From Acidobacteriota bacterium (GTDB lineage Bacteria > Acidobacteriota > UBA6911 > RPQK01 > JAJDTT01), in assembly GCA_965263035.1 (NCBI GenBank), contig OZ253580.1:3200001-3264000 (forward strand): 64,000 nt of DNA. The letters are read 5' to 3'. Every line of letters starts with the position of its first letter. Position 1 is the first letter of the stretch. The notes below the pieces were generated by a model that saw only the letters and a program-made list of their open reading frames with translations, made no database searches and had not been told where the DNA came from. Positions 11,636 through 21,568 of this stretch are shown here, one piece after another. Both the position numbers and the translations under genes were made by a program.

Positions 11636-12387
11636 CAGGTCTTGAGAAGTGCCTCCATTTCCTGCTCGTCGATGTCGAAGTTGGCGTAGACATTCTGGAC
11701 GTCGTCGTGGTCCTCGAGGGCATCCATCAGCTTCAGCATTTTTCCCGCCATCTTGCCTGCCACCCTGAGGGAATTCTGAGGAAGCATGGTGATCTGACTC
11801 GATTCCGTGGGGATGTTGGACGCTTCCAGCTCCTGCCGCACCTGCTCGAAGTATTCGAAGGGGGTGTAGACGGCCAGGGTGTCGCCCTCGGTCTGGAGAT
11901 CGTCGGCCCCGGCGTCCAGCACGACCTCCATGAGAGTTTCTTCCGAAACCGAGTCGCTGGGAACACCGAAGTATCCCTTCTTCTCGAACATCCATAGAAC
12001 ACTGCCCGTCTCTCCCAGATTCCCGCCGTTCTTGGAAAAGATGTAACGGATCTCGGCCACGGTCCGATTCCTGTTGTCGGTCAGGGTCTCGACCAGAACC
12101 GCCACGCCACCGGGGCCGTAGCCCTCGTAGGTCACGGCGTAGAAGTTCTGACCCGGGAGTTCTCCCGTCCCTTTCATGACGGCTCGTTCGATGTTGCCGA
12201 GAGGCATATTGGCCGCTTTGGCCGTCTGAATGGCGGAGCGCAGCCGCGGATTGGCGTCCGGATCACCGCCGCCCGAACGGGCCGCCACGGTGATTTCCTG
12301 GATCATCTTGCTGAATATCTTGCCCCGTTTGGCATCCACTACGGCCTTCTTGTGCCGTATTGAGTGCCACTTGGAATGTCCTGACAT
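11635..12387 (-). CDS. yebC: YebC/PmpR family protein
   Basis: MSGHSKW, DPDANPRLR, YEGYGPGG, TDNRNRT, DDVQNVY. Confidence 0.96.
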   Translation of the reverse strand: MSGHSKWHSIRHKKAVVDAKRGKIFSKMIQEITVAARSGGGDPDANPRLRSAIQTAKAANMPLGNIERAVMKGTGELPGQNFYAVTYEGYGPGGVAVLVETLTDNRNRTVAEIRYIFSKNGGNLGETGSVLWMFEKKGYFGVPSDSVSEETLMEVVLDAGADDLQTEGDTLAVYTPFEYFEQVRQELEASNIPTESSQITMLPQNSLRVAGKMAGKMLKLMDALEDHDDVQNVYANFDIDEQEMEALLKT

Positions 12388-12459
12388 GAACGGATCTCCT
12401 AGTCGTAATTAGCAGCTATTGTAACATGGCGTCCCTGTGGGCCAGAGTCCGGGGCCTGG

Positions 12460-12618
12460 GAGCCTGCGCCGCAGAAATTGAGCTACTGCGAAAGCGGTAG
12501 AATCGGTCCATATTTCCCCGATTTCTCGGCGAATAGAACAACTATGCACCTCCAAATCGAGAAAAACCGGCCTCGATTCCCCACTTTCTCGCTACGATCA
12601 TTTCTACCGCGCAGACTC
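12460..12618 (+). mobile_element. MITE family A, copy 1 (159 bp, CTGG duplicated on both sides)
   Basis: Near-identical to three other copies. Ends GAGCCTGCGC...GCGCAGACTC; CTGG at 12456-12459 and 12619-12622. Confidence 0.9.
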
Positions 12619-12647
12619 CTGGGTCCTACCTTGGGGGGCGGGAGGTT

Positions 12648-13388
12648 TTGACCAAGTATCGTTTTGTGGTCCAGTATCGTTCCGATGGTTTCTCCGGGTG
12701 GCAGGTCCAGAAGGACCGTCCTACGATCGGTGGGACCATCGAAGCCGCGTTAGCCCGGATCACGGGTGAAACTCCCTCCGTCGTGGGCGCCGGAAGAACC
12801 GACTCCGGGGTGCATGCTCTGGGCCAGGTGGCCCACTTCAGGCTCCAGAGATCATGGCCCGTCGACCGCTTGCTGAAATCTCTCAACGGCGTTCTCCCCT
12901 CTCAGATTCGGGTGCTCCGGTTGAGCGTGGCCTCCGACTCCTTTCATGCTCAGAAGGACGCCCAACGGAAACGCTACATCTATCGCGTCTACAACGGACC
13001 CATCCTCTCTCCCTTTCTGGAGGGCAGGGTGCAACAGGTATATCGGCCCCTCTCGCTGGAGGCGATGCAGCAGGCGTCGGCACTGATCGTCGGTACCCAC
13101 GATTTCACCGGTTTCACGGCCTCGGCGTCCCAGGTCAGGAACCGCGTGCGAACCGTTTTCGTTTCCCGTTGGCAGAAGAAGGGAAGGCACTTTTCCTATC
13201 GGATCGAGGGTGAGGGCTTTCTCCATCACATGGTCCGCAACCTGGTGGGCACCATGCTCCAGATCGGACTCAAACGGAGGCCTGCCCAGGATATGATCAT
13301 GATTCTGGAATCCCGGGACCGCCGCCTGGCGGGGCCGACGGCTCCCGCGCGTGGCCTGTTCCTGGCGCAAGTGTGGTACCGGAATTGA
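12648..13388 (+). CDS. truA: tRNA pseudouridine(38-40) synthase
   Basis: FSGWQ, GAGRTDSGVHALGQ, GFLHHMVRNLVG, AGPTAPARGL. Confidence 0.96.
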   Translation: MTKYRFVVQYRSDGFSGWQVQKDRPTIGGTIEAALARITGETPSVVGAGRTDSGVHALGQVAHFRLQRSWPVDRLLKSLNGVLPSQIRVLRLSVASDSFHAQKDAQRKRYIYRVYNGPILSPFLEGRVQQVYRPLSLEAMQQASALIVGTHDFTGFTASASQVRNRVRTVFVSRWQKKGRHFSYRIEGEGFLHHMVRNLVGTMLQIGLKRRPAQDMIMILESRDRRLAGPTAPARGLFLAQVWYRN

Positions 13389-13453
13389 ATGTTCCGGCAA
13401 CCGCCCGGCCCATCCGGACGGGCTCCGACTTGTGATAGATTTACACCACCGCA

Positions 13454-14245
13454 ATGACTCCCCCCTTTGAGGATTTCACCGGTATCGTGGAACCTGGAGG
13501 CTTGGACGCCCGGTTGCTGGCGCAGCTCGATCCCCACAAGTTACCGCGGCACGTGGCCATCATCATGGATGGAAACGGGCGCTGGGCCCGGCAGCGGGGC
13601 CTGCCCCGGGTCGAGGGCCACACCGCCGGCATCAAGGCGGTTCGGGCCACGGTCGAGACCAGTGCCCGCCTCAAGATTTCGGTCCTGACCCTCTACGCCT
13701 TTTCGGTGGAGAATTGGAAGCGGCCCCTGAGCGAAGTCAATACCCTGATGGAGCTCTTGAAGGAGTATCTGCGGAAGGAGTTGCCGGAAATCCAGGAAAA
13801 CGACATCCGCTTCCATACCATTGGGCGGATCCACGAGCTGCCCCGCTCGGTCCGGAGGGAGTTGCGGCACGTGGAGCAGGAGACCCGATTCAACCGGGGG
13901 ATGAAAATGGTTCTGGCGCTGAATTACAGTGGCCGGGCCGAACTGGTGGACGCCTTCAACTCGCTGCTCCTGCAGGGCAGAACCCGGAGGGTAAGTGAGA
14001 CGGAGGTGCAGCGGAGCCTCTATACCGGCGATCTTCCCGATCCGGATCTGTTGATCCGCACCAGTGGAGAGATGCGAATCAGCAACTTCCTGCTCTGGCA
14101 GATCGCTTATTCCGAGATCTACGTCACCGACGTACTCTGGCCCGACTTCCGATCCCATCACCTGCTGGAGTCGATTCTGGCCTACCAGAAACGGGAGCGC
14201 CGGTACGGGGGGATCCGATCCCGTTCTCTGCAAGGCGCCAGATGA
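13454..14245 (+). CDS. uppS: Undecaprenyl diphosphate synthase
   Basis: HVAIIMDGNGRWA, YAFSVENWKRP, PDLLIRTSGEMRISNFLLWQ. Confidence 0.97.
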   Translation: MTPPFEDFTGIVEPGGLDARLLAQLDPHKLPRHVAIIMDGNGRWARQRGLPRVEGHTAGIKAVRATVETSARLKISVLTLYAFSVENWKRPLSEVNTLMELLKEYLRKELPEIQENDIRFHTIGRIHELPRSVRRELRHVEQETRFNRGMKMVLALNYSGRAELVDAFNSLLLQGRTRRVSETEVQRSLYTGDLPDPDLLIRTSGEMRISNFLLWQIAYSEIYVTDVLWPDFRSHHLLESILAYQKRERRYGGIRSRSLQGAR

Positions 14246-15021
14246 TCCTCCGCACCCTGAGCGTCGTCGTGCTGGCGCCGCTCGTCCTCCTGATCGTGGT
14301 TCTGGCTCCCGCCTGGTTGTTCCTGGCGTTCCTGGATCTGGTCCTCCTGATCGCAATCCTGGAGCTGTTCCAGCTCCTGGCGCCCTTGGGAGTGAGGAAC
14401 TCCGTTCCGGCGATCGTCGTGTGCCTGTTGCTTCCCTGGGTGTGGAATCAGGGAGGAGGCGCGGTAGTGGCATACGTGCTGGGGGCCTGCCTCTGCCTGC
14501 TCGCCGCGCATCTATATCGGGTCGTCAACCACCGAGACGCCCTGGCATCGGCTTCGGCCAGCCTCATGGCGCTCTTGTATCTGGGTCTACCCGTGTCGCT
14601 GCTGGCCGGGTACCGGACCAGATCCGACGAGCTGCTCATGATACTGGCCATCGTCTGGTCCTGCGATATAGTGGCTTATCTGGTCGGGACGCGTTGGGGG
14701 CGTCGCCGCATCACTCCGCGCCTGAGTCCGGCGAAGTCCCTGGAGGGATTTGCCGCCGGTCTCGCCGCCGCGCTGGCGGCGGCTCTGATTGTGGGGTACG
14801 GCCTGCTCGGCCGTTCCGATTGGGGACTGCTGTCGTTGCTGGGCGTCCTGGTGGGGTTGGCAGCCATCCTGGGGGACCTCTTCGAATCTCTCCTCAAGCG
14901 GGCCGTCGCGGCCAAGGACAGCGGCTCTTTGATTCCCGGACACGGGGGGCTGTTGGACCGGATCGACAGTCTGCTCTTCGCTTTCCCCGTCCATCATTGC
15001 CTGTCTTTTCTGCTAGGATGA
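14242..15021 (+). CDS. cdsA: Phosphatidate cytidylyltransferase
   Basis: Membrane protein with SPAKSLEG and GDLFESLLKR...KDSG..IPGHGGLLDRIDS. Confidence 0.95.
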   Translation: MILRTLSVVVLAPLVLLIVVLAPAWLFLAFLDLVLLIAILELFQLLAPLGVRNSVPAIVVCLLLPWVWNQGGGAVVAYVLGACLCLLAAHLYRVVNHRDALASASASLMALLYLGLPVSLLAGYRTRSDELLMILAIVWSCDIVAYLVGTRWGRRRITPRLSPAKSLEGFAAGLAAALAAALIVGYGLLGRSDWGLLSLLGVLVGLAAILGDLFESLLKRAVAAKDSGSLIPGHGGLLDRIDSLLFAFPVHHCLSFLLG

Positions 15022-15154
15022 TGCGCTGAGGCGGCTATCTTGGGCATTTCTTCGCGCTTGACAGCCCGCATCGATTTTCGCCCTGGACTGTTTTTCGTGG
15101 CCTGGAATCTTCAGCGCCGCGCTTGATCTACCGTCTGACGTATCCCGGACGAAG

Positions 15155-16306
15155 ATGAAAAAAATATCGATTCTGGGCTCTACGGGATCCGTTGGACGCA
15201 GCACCTTGAGTCTGGTCGGCCTGAATCCGGATCGGTTCCGGGTCGTGGGTCTGGCGGCGCGAAGAAACGCCGGTCGACTCCTTGAACAGGCCCGCAGATA
15301 CTCTCCGCTCGCGGTCGCCCTCCATGATCGGGAAAAGGCGGCCTGGCTCCGCCAGCGACTTCCCGGGACCCCGGTATTGGAGGGACAGGAGGGAGTATCC
15401 AGGCTTGCCGGCGAGTTTGATGCGGATATGATCGTGGCTGCCATCACCGGTGCGGCGGGTCTGGTTCCCACGCTGTCCGCCATCCTGGGAGGCCGAGACG
15501 TGGCTCTGGCCAACAAGGAGACGTTGGTGATGGCGGGAGAGTTGGTGATGCGGGAGGCGCGGGAGGCGCAGGTCCGTCTGTTGCCCGTCGACAGCGAGCA
15601 CAGCGCCATTCATCAGTGTCTACACGGAGAGAAGAGGGCCCAGATCAAACGGATCCTCCTGACCGCATCCGGCGGTCCTTTTTTCCGAAAATCCCTCCGG
15701 GAGCTTGGCGAGGTGACTGTACAGGAAGCCTTGAACCATCCGACCTGGAAGATGGGCCCCAAGATCACGGTGGATTCGGCCACACTCATGAACAAGGGAC
15801 TGGAGGTCATCGAGGCCCACCATCTGTTCGGCCTGCGGCCGGAGCAGGTGGAAATCGTGATCCATCCCCAATCCATGGTTCACTCCATGGTGGAGTTCGT
15901 GGACGGGGCCATCATGGCCCAATTGGGAATCACCGACATGCGGCTCCCGGTCGGTTATGCTCTGAGCTACCCGGACCGTTGCAATCTGCCGGTCCCGTCC
16001 CTGGATCTCTTCGCCTTGCCGCCGTTGGAATTCCATCCGCCGGACCCCGTAAAATTTCCCTGCCTGGGTTTGGCGGAAGCGGCGCTGCAACAGGGACGGA
16101 CCTACCCTGCGGCCCTCAATGCCGCCAACGAAGTGGCCGTCGGACTCTTTCTGGAGGGACGAATTCCTTTTCTGGACATCCCCGCCGTTATCGAGGGAGT
16201 CCTGGACCGCCACCGGCCGCGAGATCCTGAATCTCTGGAAGTCGTGCTGGAGGTGGACCGGAGGTCGCGCCGGGAGGCCCACGATCTGGCCGCGACCAGG
16301 ATGTGA
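15155..16306 (+). CDS. dxr: 1-deoxy-D-xylulose-5-phosphate reductoisomerase
   Basis: LGSTGSVG, LANKE, PVDSEHSA, MGPKITVDSATLMNKGLE, NAANE. Confidence 0.97.
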   Translation: MKKISILGSTGSVGRSTLSLVGLNPDRFRVVGLAARRNAGRLLEQARRYSPLAVALHDREKAAWLRQRLPGTPVLEGQEGVSRLAGEFDADMIVAAITGAAGLVPTLSAILGGRDVALANKETLVMAGELVMREAREAQVRLLPVDSEHSAIHQCLHGEKRAQIKRILLTASGGPFFRKSLRELGEVTVQEALNHPTWKMGPKITVDSATLMNKGLEVIEAHHLFGLRPEQVEIVIHPQSMVHSMVEFVDGAIMAQLGITDMRLPVGYALSYPDRCNLPVPSLDLFALPPLEFHPPDPVKFPCLGLAEAALQQGRTYPAALNAANEVAVGLFLEGRIPFLDIPAVIEGVLDRHRPRDPESLEVVLEVDRRSRREAHDLAATRM

Positions 16307-16455
16307 CTGTCCCGGGGCGAGAACGGGGAACCCGGGCGGGTCGAGACACGTTTGAGGATTTGAGAGTTGGAGCGGATGTCTTTGACGGTTGAGACAGGCG
16401 GTCGCGGGGACACCGATTTCCGTCCCCGGAGCCCAGTCAGAAAGGCGAGAATCCT

Positions 16456-17787
16456 TTGCAGTTGATCGGTGATTTCGGGACCACTCTGCTGGCCTTCATC
16501 TTCGTCTTGGGGGTCATGATCTTCTTCCACGAGTTGGGACACTGCGCGGTTGCCAAGTTTCTGGGCATTCGCGTCGATGTGTTCTCACTCGGATTCGGCC
16601 CCCGGCTGGTGGGCTTTCGCCGTGGCGAAACCGACTACCGGGTGAGCCTGTTGCCCCTGGGCGGATACGTCAAGATGGCCGGAGAGAACTACGATGAGTC
16701 GTTGACCGGTTCCGGCGACGAGTTCCTGTCCCGCCCCAAACGGCATCGTTTCGCGGTGGCCGTTGCCGGCCCGATGATGAACATCGTCCTGGCCGTTCTC
16801 TTGTCGGCCGCCACCTACACGCTGGGGGTCCGGGTGCTCACCTACCGGTCGGGACCGGCGGAAGTGGGGGCGGTGGCTGCCGGTTCTTCTGCGGAGGCGG
16901 CGGGCGTCCAGGTTCGGGACACCATCGTGGCCATCGATGGAGACGAAGTGTCCACTTGGCAGGAAGCCGAGATCGCCATCGCCACGAGTTCCGGGCAGAG
17001 TCTTCGTCTGACTCTGGACCGGGGAGGGAACCTGATCGAAAAACGGGTTCTGGTCACCGCGGCGTCGGACCGGGGCGATATGGGCACCATCGGCGCAGAG
17101 CCCTGGATCCCCTTCATCATCACCGGCACCATCGAGGGCTCACCAGCGGAAGCCGCAGGCCTGAAACCGGGTGACGAGATCGTCGAAGTGCAGGGAAAGG
17201 ATGGTTCGGTCAACGAACCCTCCGCGGTCTCGCCGTTCGTTTCGGAACGCGAAGGAGAGGCGTTGCTTTTCAAGCTGCGGCGGGGCCAAGAGTTCCTGGA
17301 GGCCACGATCCGGCCGGAGCAGATCGAAGGAAGGGTTCTGATCGGGGTTCAGCGAGGGCCCCCCGTCCACGTCGAGAAATATGGAATCATGGAGTCCCTG
17401 GCGCGGTCGGTCCGGAGAAACGGAGAATTGATCCTGTTGACTGGTCACATCATCGGCAAGATCGTGACCGGCAAGGCCTCCCTCAGGAGCATGTCCGGGC
17501 CCATCGATATCGCCCGCTACTCGGGAATCGCCGCTTCCGGCGGAGTGGTCCCCCTGATGGGCTTCATGGCCCTGGTGTCCCTTCAACTGGGGATCCTGAA
17601 CCTCTTTCCCATCCCCATCCTGGATGGAGGCCTCATCGCCATGTTGGCCGTCGAAGGACTCATCGGCAGGGACCTCAGCGTGAAGGTGAAAGAACGGATC
17701 TTTCAAGCCGGCTTCATTTTCCTCATCCTGCTGATGGGCGTCGTACTCTTCAACGACCTCTCCAAGAATCTGCCCTTCCTCGACTGA
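16456..17787 (+). CDS. rseP: RIP metalloprotease RseP with two PDZ domains
   Basis: HELGH, PLGGYVKM, AGPMMN, NLFPIPILDGG; follows dxr. Confidence 0.95.
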   Translation: MQLIGDFGTTLLAFIFVLGVMIFFHELGHCAVAKFLGIRVDVFSLGFGPRLVGFRRGETDYRVSLLPLGGYVKMAGENYDESLTGSGDEFLSRPKRHRFAVAVAGPMMNIVLAVLLSAATYTLGVRVLTYRSGPAEVGAVAAGSSAEAAGVQVRDTIVAIDGDEVSTWQEAEIAIATSSGQSLRLTLDRGGNLIEKRVLVTAASDRGDMGTIGAEPWIPFIITGTIEGSPAEAAGLKPGDEIVEVQGKDGSVNEPSAVSPFVSEREGEALLFKLRRGQEFLEATIRPEQIEGRVLIGVQRGPPVHVEKYGIMESLARSVRRNGELILLTGHIIGKIVTGKASLRSMSGPIDIARYSGIAASGGVVPLMGFMALVSLQLGILNLFPIPILDGGLIAMLAVEGLIGRDLSVKVKERIFQAGFIFLILLMGVVLFNDLSKNLPFLD

Positions 17788-17793
17788 TCGAGA

Positions 17794-18132
17794 TCAGTCG
17801 AAGCTGGCCACCGCTTCAGCCTCGTCTTCGAAGGTGTCGAATACGGTCAGGAGCTTGGTGATGGCCAGCAACTCTCGCGTCCTCTTGGTGAGATGGAGAA
17901 GCTTGAGCGCTCCTCCCTGATCGGCCACGTGAGTGTACGAACTCACCAGCTCGCCGATGCCGGTGCTGTCCACGGTCCGCACATCCGCCAGGTTCAAGAG
18001 TAGACTCTTCTGGCCCGATTCGACCAAACTCCGAATCGTGGTGCGGATCAGGGCGCTCTCTTCACCGATGGTGATCCTGCCCTGGATATCCAAGATCGTC
18101 ACGCCGTGTACGTTTCTGGTCCGAATGCTCAT
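17794..18132 (-). CDS. STAS-domain anti-sigma factor antagonist (RsbV/SpoIIAA-like)
   Basis: LLLNLADV..VDSTGIGEL with the phospho-acceptor Ser. Confidence 0.9.
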   Translation of the reverse strand: MSIRTRNVHGVTILDIQGRITIGEESALIRTTIRSLVESGQKSLLLNLADVRTVDSTGIGELVSSYTHVADQGGALKLLHLTKRTRELLAITKLLTVFDTFEDEAEAVASFD

Positions 18133-18142
18133 GGTTGCCTCC

Positions 18143-18589
18143 TCATCTGGTGTGTTTAAGTCTCTTACCCATTCTCACCTCGAATCCCCCCTGAGGGAGA
18201 GTGTGATAGGTCACTTCGTCCATGAAGGTATGAACGTAGAAGACTCCCCGGCCCGAGGTATTCATCAGATTCCCGGGATCCAGAGGATCCGGCACAGAAG
18301 TCTGGTCGAAGCCGATTCCCTGATCCGAAACGGCGATCAGGAGACGGTGGCGATCGATCCGGAATCGGACGCCCACCCTCTTGCTTTCATCCAGTCGGTT
18401 TCCGTGGTGAATGGCATTGGTCACCGATTCGCGCACCGACAAACAGATCCAATGGCTGGCCTCGTCATCGAACCCGGCCATGCGAGTTACACTCAGGGAG
18501 ATTTCCTGAACCAGATCGAGGAACCGGATATCGCTCCCGAATGAAACCTCGAGTTCCTTGCGAAACCCCTTTTCCGCCAGTTTACCCAC
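18143..18589 (-). CDS. Anti-sigma factor / Ser kinase (RsbW-like, HATPase_c)
   Basis: ESVTNAIHHGN, DQGIGFD, SGRGVF..FMDEV. Confidence 0.9.
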   Translation of the reverse strand: MGKLAEKGFRKELEVSFGSDIRFLDLVQEISLSVTRMAGFDDEASHWICLSVRESVTNAIHHGNRLDESKRVGVRFRIDRHRLLIAVSDQGIGFDQTSVPDPLDPGNLMNTSGRGVFYVHTFMDEVTYHTLPQGGFEVRMGKRLKHTR

Positions 18590-18622
18590 CTATTCTTGCC
18601 GTCCGCTTCCCGTTGCTCCGAA

Positions 18623-18791
18623 TCGCACTTGGCAGATGTCCCCGCCGTAAACGACCCGTGCGACATGCGGTCTGACCTGGTTGCGCCGTGCCCGCATACG
18701 AGTAGCATACGTCGAATCTGTTCCCACGTTCCGCCTGACCACCCGGGCAGACCCCGGGTTCGGTGCTGCGGGGGACTTTTACCACGAACTG
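18623..18791 (-). mobile_element. Diverged full-length copy of MITE family B
   Basis: Collinear with 45123-45446 once the family A insert is removed: ggcagatgtc / gttgcgcc / gtcgaatctgttccc / ccccgggttcggtgctgcgggggacttttaccacgaactg. Confidence 0.65.
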
Positions 18792-18913
18792 CCGGCAGCC
18801 GGAAGATAAAGATGGAGCCGAATTCTTGTCAACATCGTGCCGGGAACCGTCCGGCGACGTGACGTCCTCATCGACGAACCGACAGCTCGGTTTCAGGCTT
18901 GCCCGGGGCACTC

Positions 18914-19366
18914 TCAATAGGCGTCTTTGCGGGAGTCCACGATCAGCGTCACCGGGCCGTCGTTCACCAGCGACAGCGCCATCATGGCTCCGAAGCGGCC
19001 GGTTTCGACCACCACCCCAGCCTCCCGGAGCGCCTCCGCAAGGCGCCGGTACTCCTCACGGGCTGCGGCGGGAGGAGCCGCCCGGCTGAAGCTGGGCCTG
19101 TTCCCCTTGCGGCAGTCTCCATAGAGCGTGAACTGGGAGACCAGAAGAATGGAATGCCCCGCCTCCAGCAGCGAACGGTTCATCCTGCCGGCTTCATCCG
19201 GAAAGATGCGGAGTTGAAGGATCTTCTTCCTGATGAAAGCCAGGTCTCTGTCCGTGTCGCCAGCGCCTACGGCAACCAGAACGGCCAGACCGGGGCCGAT
19301 CCGCCCTACCGTACGGCCTTCGACTTCCACCTTGGCGTTGGATACCCGCTGGATCACGACGCGCAT
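18914..19366 (-). CDS. dtd: D-aminoacyl-tRNA deacylase
   Basis: MRVVIQRV, SQFTL, GNRPSF, NDGPVT. Confidence 0.96.
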   Translation of the reverse strand: MRVVIQRVSNAKVEVEGRTVGRIGPGLAVLVAVGAGDTDRDLAFIRKKILQLRIFPDEAGRMNRSLLEAGHSILLVSQFTLYGDCRKGNRPSFSRAAPPAAAREEYRRLAEALREAGVVVETGRFGAMMALSLVNDGPVTLIVDSRKDAY

Positions 19367-19372
19367 GGAGAC

Positions 19373-19642
19373 TCAGTGGATGGTCGGCTCCATCCCCTTT
19401 CCCCAACGTCTCCTGAGGACTCTCTCGAAACGCGGCATGAGCAACAGGTGGAAGGTGAACTCTTTGTCCGGAAACATGCCCAGGACGGCTTTCTCAGTCC
19501 GCCGGACCATCTGCCGGGCTTCGGCCAATGTCAACCTGGGGTCCTGGTACAACACGCTGAGCGTCAGATCGACCAGAAAGCGCATGCGCCTGAGTCTCCG
19601 GTTCTCCTCTTGAATCAGATCTTCGCAATCCGAAGTGGACAT
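19373..19642 (-). CDS. Hypothetical protein (89 aa, probably helical)
   Basis: Protein-like composition, 6-bp gap to dtd, promoter-like TGcTAAACT upstream. Confidence 0.7.
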   Translation of the reverse strand: MSTSDCEDLIQEENRRLRRMRFLVDLTLSVLYQDPRLTLAEARQMVRRTEKAVLGMFPDKEFTFHLLLMPRFERVLRRRWGKGMEPTIH

Positions 19643-19656
19643 TGCACCTCAGTTTA

Positions 19657-19675
19657 GCAGCCGGCGGCAAAAGTC
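19657..19675. repeat. Solo terminal repeat of MITE family B
   Basis: TA+gcagccggcggcaaaagtc versus TA+gcagcccgtggcaaaagtc at 45120. Confidence 0.6.
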
Positions 19676-19983
19676 TCGCGCCACTTCGAGGCGGCAGGGA
19701 GCGTGGGAGATTGCACAAAAACGATGCAAAATGAAGGAAGTCTTCATTTGACAGCCGCTTGAATCGTGTCTTCACAAAGTTTTCCACCGGCATTTCCACA
19801 AAACCGGTGGACAACCCGTCCCACCCGGGATCCTGGTCCCCGCTTCCGTTCGGTCACGGTGGTTTGCAACGATGGTAAAAAGGCGTAACTATACGAGACA
19901 GAGGATCCTTGGGGGCCGGAGTTCAGTGGGATGGACCTTGAAACGGAAGCAACGGGTCTGAGGACGATCGCGAGGCAAAGTCC

Positions 19984-21555
19984 GTGAAAGGCAGTCGATT
20001 CGGAGCGGCGTCTTCCTCCTTCGGGGCGTCGGACGTGGCCGAACTGGACTACCGCAGGGATATCGGCGAGCCTGGTTCGTACCCCTACACTCGGGGCATC
20101 TACCCGAACATGTACCGGGGACGTCTCTGGACCATGCGCCAATTCTCGGGCCATGGAAACGCCGAAGAAACGAATCGCCGGTATCGGTTCCTCATGGAGC
20201 ACGGACAGACCGGCCTCTCCGTCGCTTTCGATCTGCCGACCCTGATGGGTCTGGATTCGGATGATCCCCTCTCGGCGGGTGAAGTCGGAAAATGCGGTGT
20301 TGCCGTCGACTCCCTCCGGGACATGGAAGTCCTTTTCGATCGGATCGATCTGGCGCGGGTCAGCACCTCCATGACCATCAACGCTCCCGCGGCCGTACTC
20401 TTGGCCATGTACGTAGTGGCGGCGGAGAAACAGGGAGTTGCAGCCCAACGGATCCGGGGCACCCTCCAGAACGACATCTTGAAGGAGTACATCGCGCAGA
20501 AGGAGTGGATCTACCCTCCCGCCCCGTCCATGCGTCTGGTCGTGGATTCGATCCAGTTCTGCTCGCAGCAACTTCCCCGATACAACAGCATTTCCATCAG
20601 CGGGTACCATATTCGCGAAGCCGGCTCCACTGCGGTGCAGGAATTGGCCTTCACCCTGCGCGACGGTGTCGAATACGTGGACTGGTGCGTCCGCCGCGGA
20701 ATGGAGGTGGATGACTTCGCACCCCGCCTCTCCTTCTTCTTCAACTCCCACAACAATTTTTTCGAGGAGATCGCCAAGTTCCGGGCCGCCCGAAGGCTCT
20801 GGGCGCGGACCGTGAGAAACCGCTTTGGAGCTCGGAACGAACGCTCCTGGATGTGCCGGTTCCACACTCAGACCGCCGGTTGCACCTTGACCATGCAGCA
20901 GCCGGCCAACAACATCATCCGGACCACGCTGCAGGCGGTAGCCGCGGTGTTGGGAGGAACCAATTCTCTTCATACCAACGCCCTGGACGAGGCGTGGGCG
21001 CTTCCCACCGAGGAGACGGCCAAGCTCGCTCTTCGGACTCAACAGGTTCTGGCCTCCGAATCGGGTCTCACCGCGAGCGTGGACCCGGCGGGCGGGTCGT
21101 ATTACCTGGAGAACCTCACCTGCCAGGTCGAGGATCGGGCGGTGGAGTACATGGACAGGATCGACGGGATGGGAGGAATGATCAACGCCATCGAGGCGGG
21201 ATACCCGCAGCGCGAGATCCAGGAATCCTCCTACCGCGAGCAACGCGCCATCGAGAAAGAGGACCAGGTCGTGGTCGGCGTGAATCGCTTCGTCGCCGAA
21301 GAGCCGTCCCGGCCGGAGATTCTCCGAATCGGCCCGGAAGTGGAGAACGCTCAGGTCAGGAGCCTCCGGGCCCTGAGACGGGAGCGGAATGAGGTGAGCG
21401 TCAGCCGTGCGCTCCGCGACCTGTGCCGGGCTGCCGGGACCGACCAGAACCTGATGCCCCATCTGATTCATGCGGTGCGGGAATATGCCACCGTGGGGGA
21501 GATCTGTTCCGCCCTGAAGGAGGTCTTCGGGGTCTATCAGGAACCCTTGTTCTGA
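19984..21555 (+). CDS. B12-dependent acyl-CoA mutase large subunit with isobutyryl-CoA mutase signature
   Basis: [60 protein letters not shown]. Phe54 and Gln172 occupy the MCM Tyr89/Arg207 positions. Confidence 0.9.
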   Translation: MKGSRFGAASSSFGASDVAELDYRRDIGEPGSYPYTRGIYPNMYRGRLWTMRQFSGHGNAEETNRRYRFLMEHGQTGLSVAFDLPTLMGLDSDDPLSAGEVGKCGVAVDSLRDMEVLFDRIDLARVSTSMTINAPAAVLLAMYVVAAEKQGVAAQRIRGTLQNDILKEYIAQKEWIYPPAPSMRLVVDSIQFCSQQLPRYNSISISGYHIREAGSTAVQELAFTLRDGVEYVDWCVRRGMEVDDFAPRLSFFFNSHNNFFEEIAKFRAARRLWARTVRNRFGARNERSWMCRFHTQTAGCTLTMQQPANNIIRTTLQAVAAVLGGTNSLHTNALDEAWALPTEETAKLALRTQQVLASESGLTASVDPAGGSYYLENLTCQVEDRAVEYMDRIDGMGGMINAIEAGYPQREIQESSYREQRAIEKEDQVVVGVNRFVAEEPSRPEILRIGPEVENAQVRSLRALRRERNEVSVSRALRDLCRAAGTDQNLMPHLIHAVREYATVGEICSALKEVFGVYQEPLF

Positions 21556-21568
21556 GGATTCAGACCGA

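Noticed and set aside
12478-12503. Internal sigma70 promoter in MITE A (TTGAGC...TAGAAT)
   Set aside because: The spacer is only 14 nt, too short for a canonical promoter.
12460-12618. 159-bp repeats as CRISPR, tRNA or riboswitch
   Set aside because: They are dispersed, have no spacers or cas genes, lack T/D-loop consensus, and carry target-site duplications.
19820-19983. Cobalamin riboswitch upstream of the B12 mutase
   Set aside because: The conserved riboswitch core/B12 box could not be seen by eye; an Infernal search would settle it.
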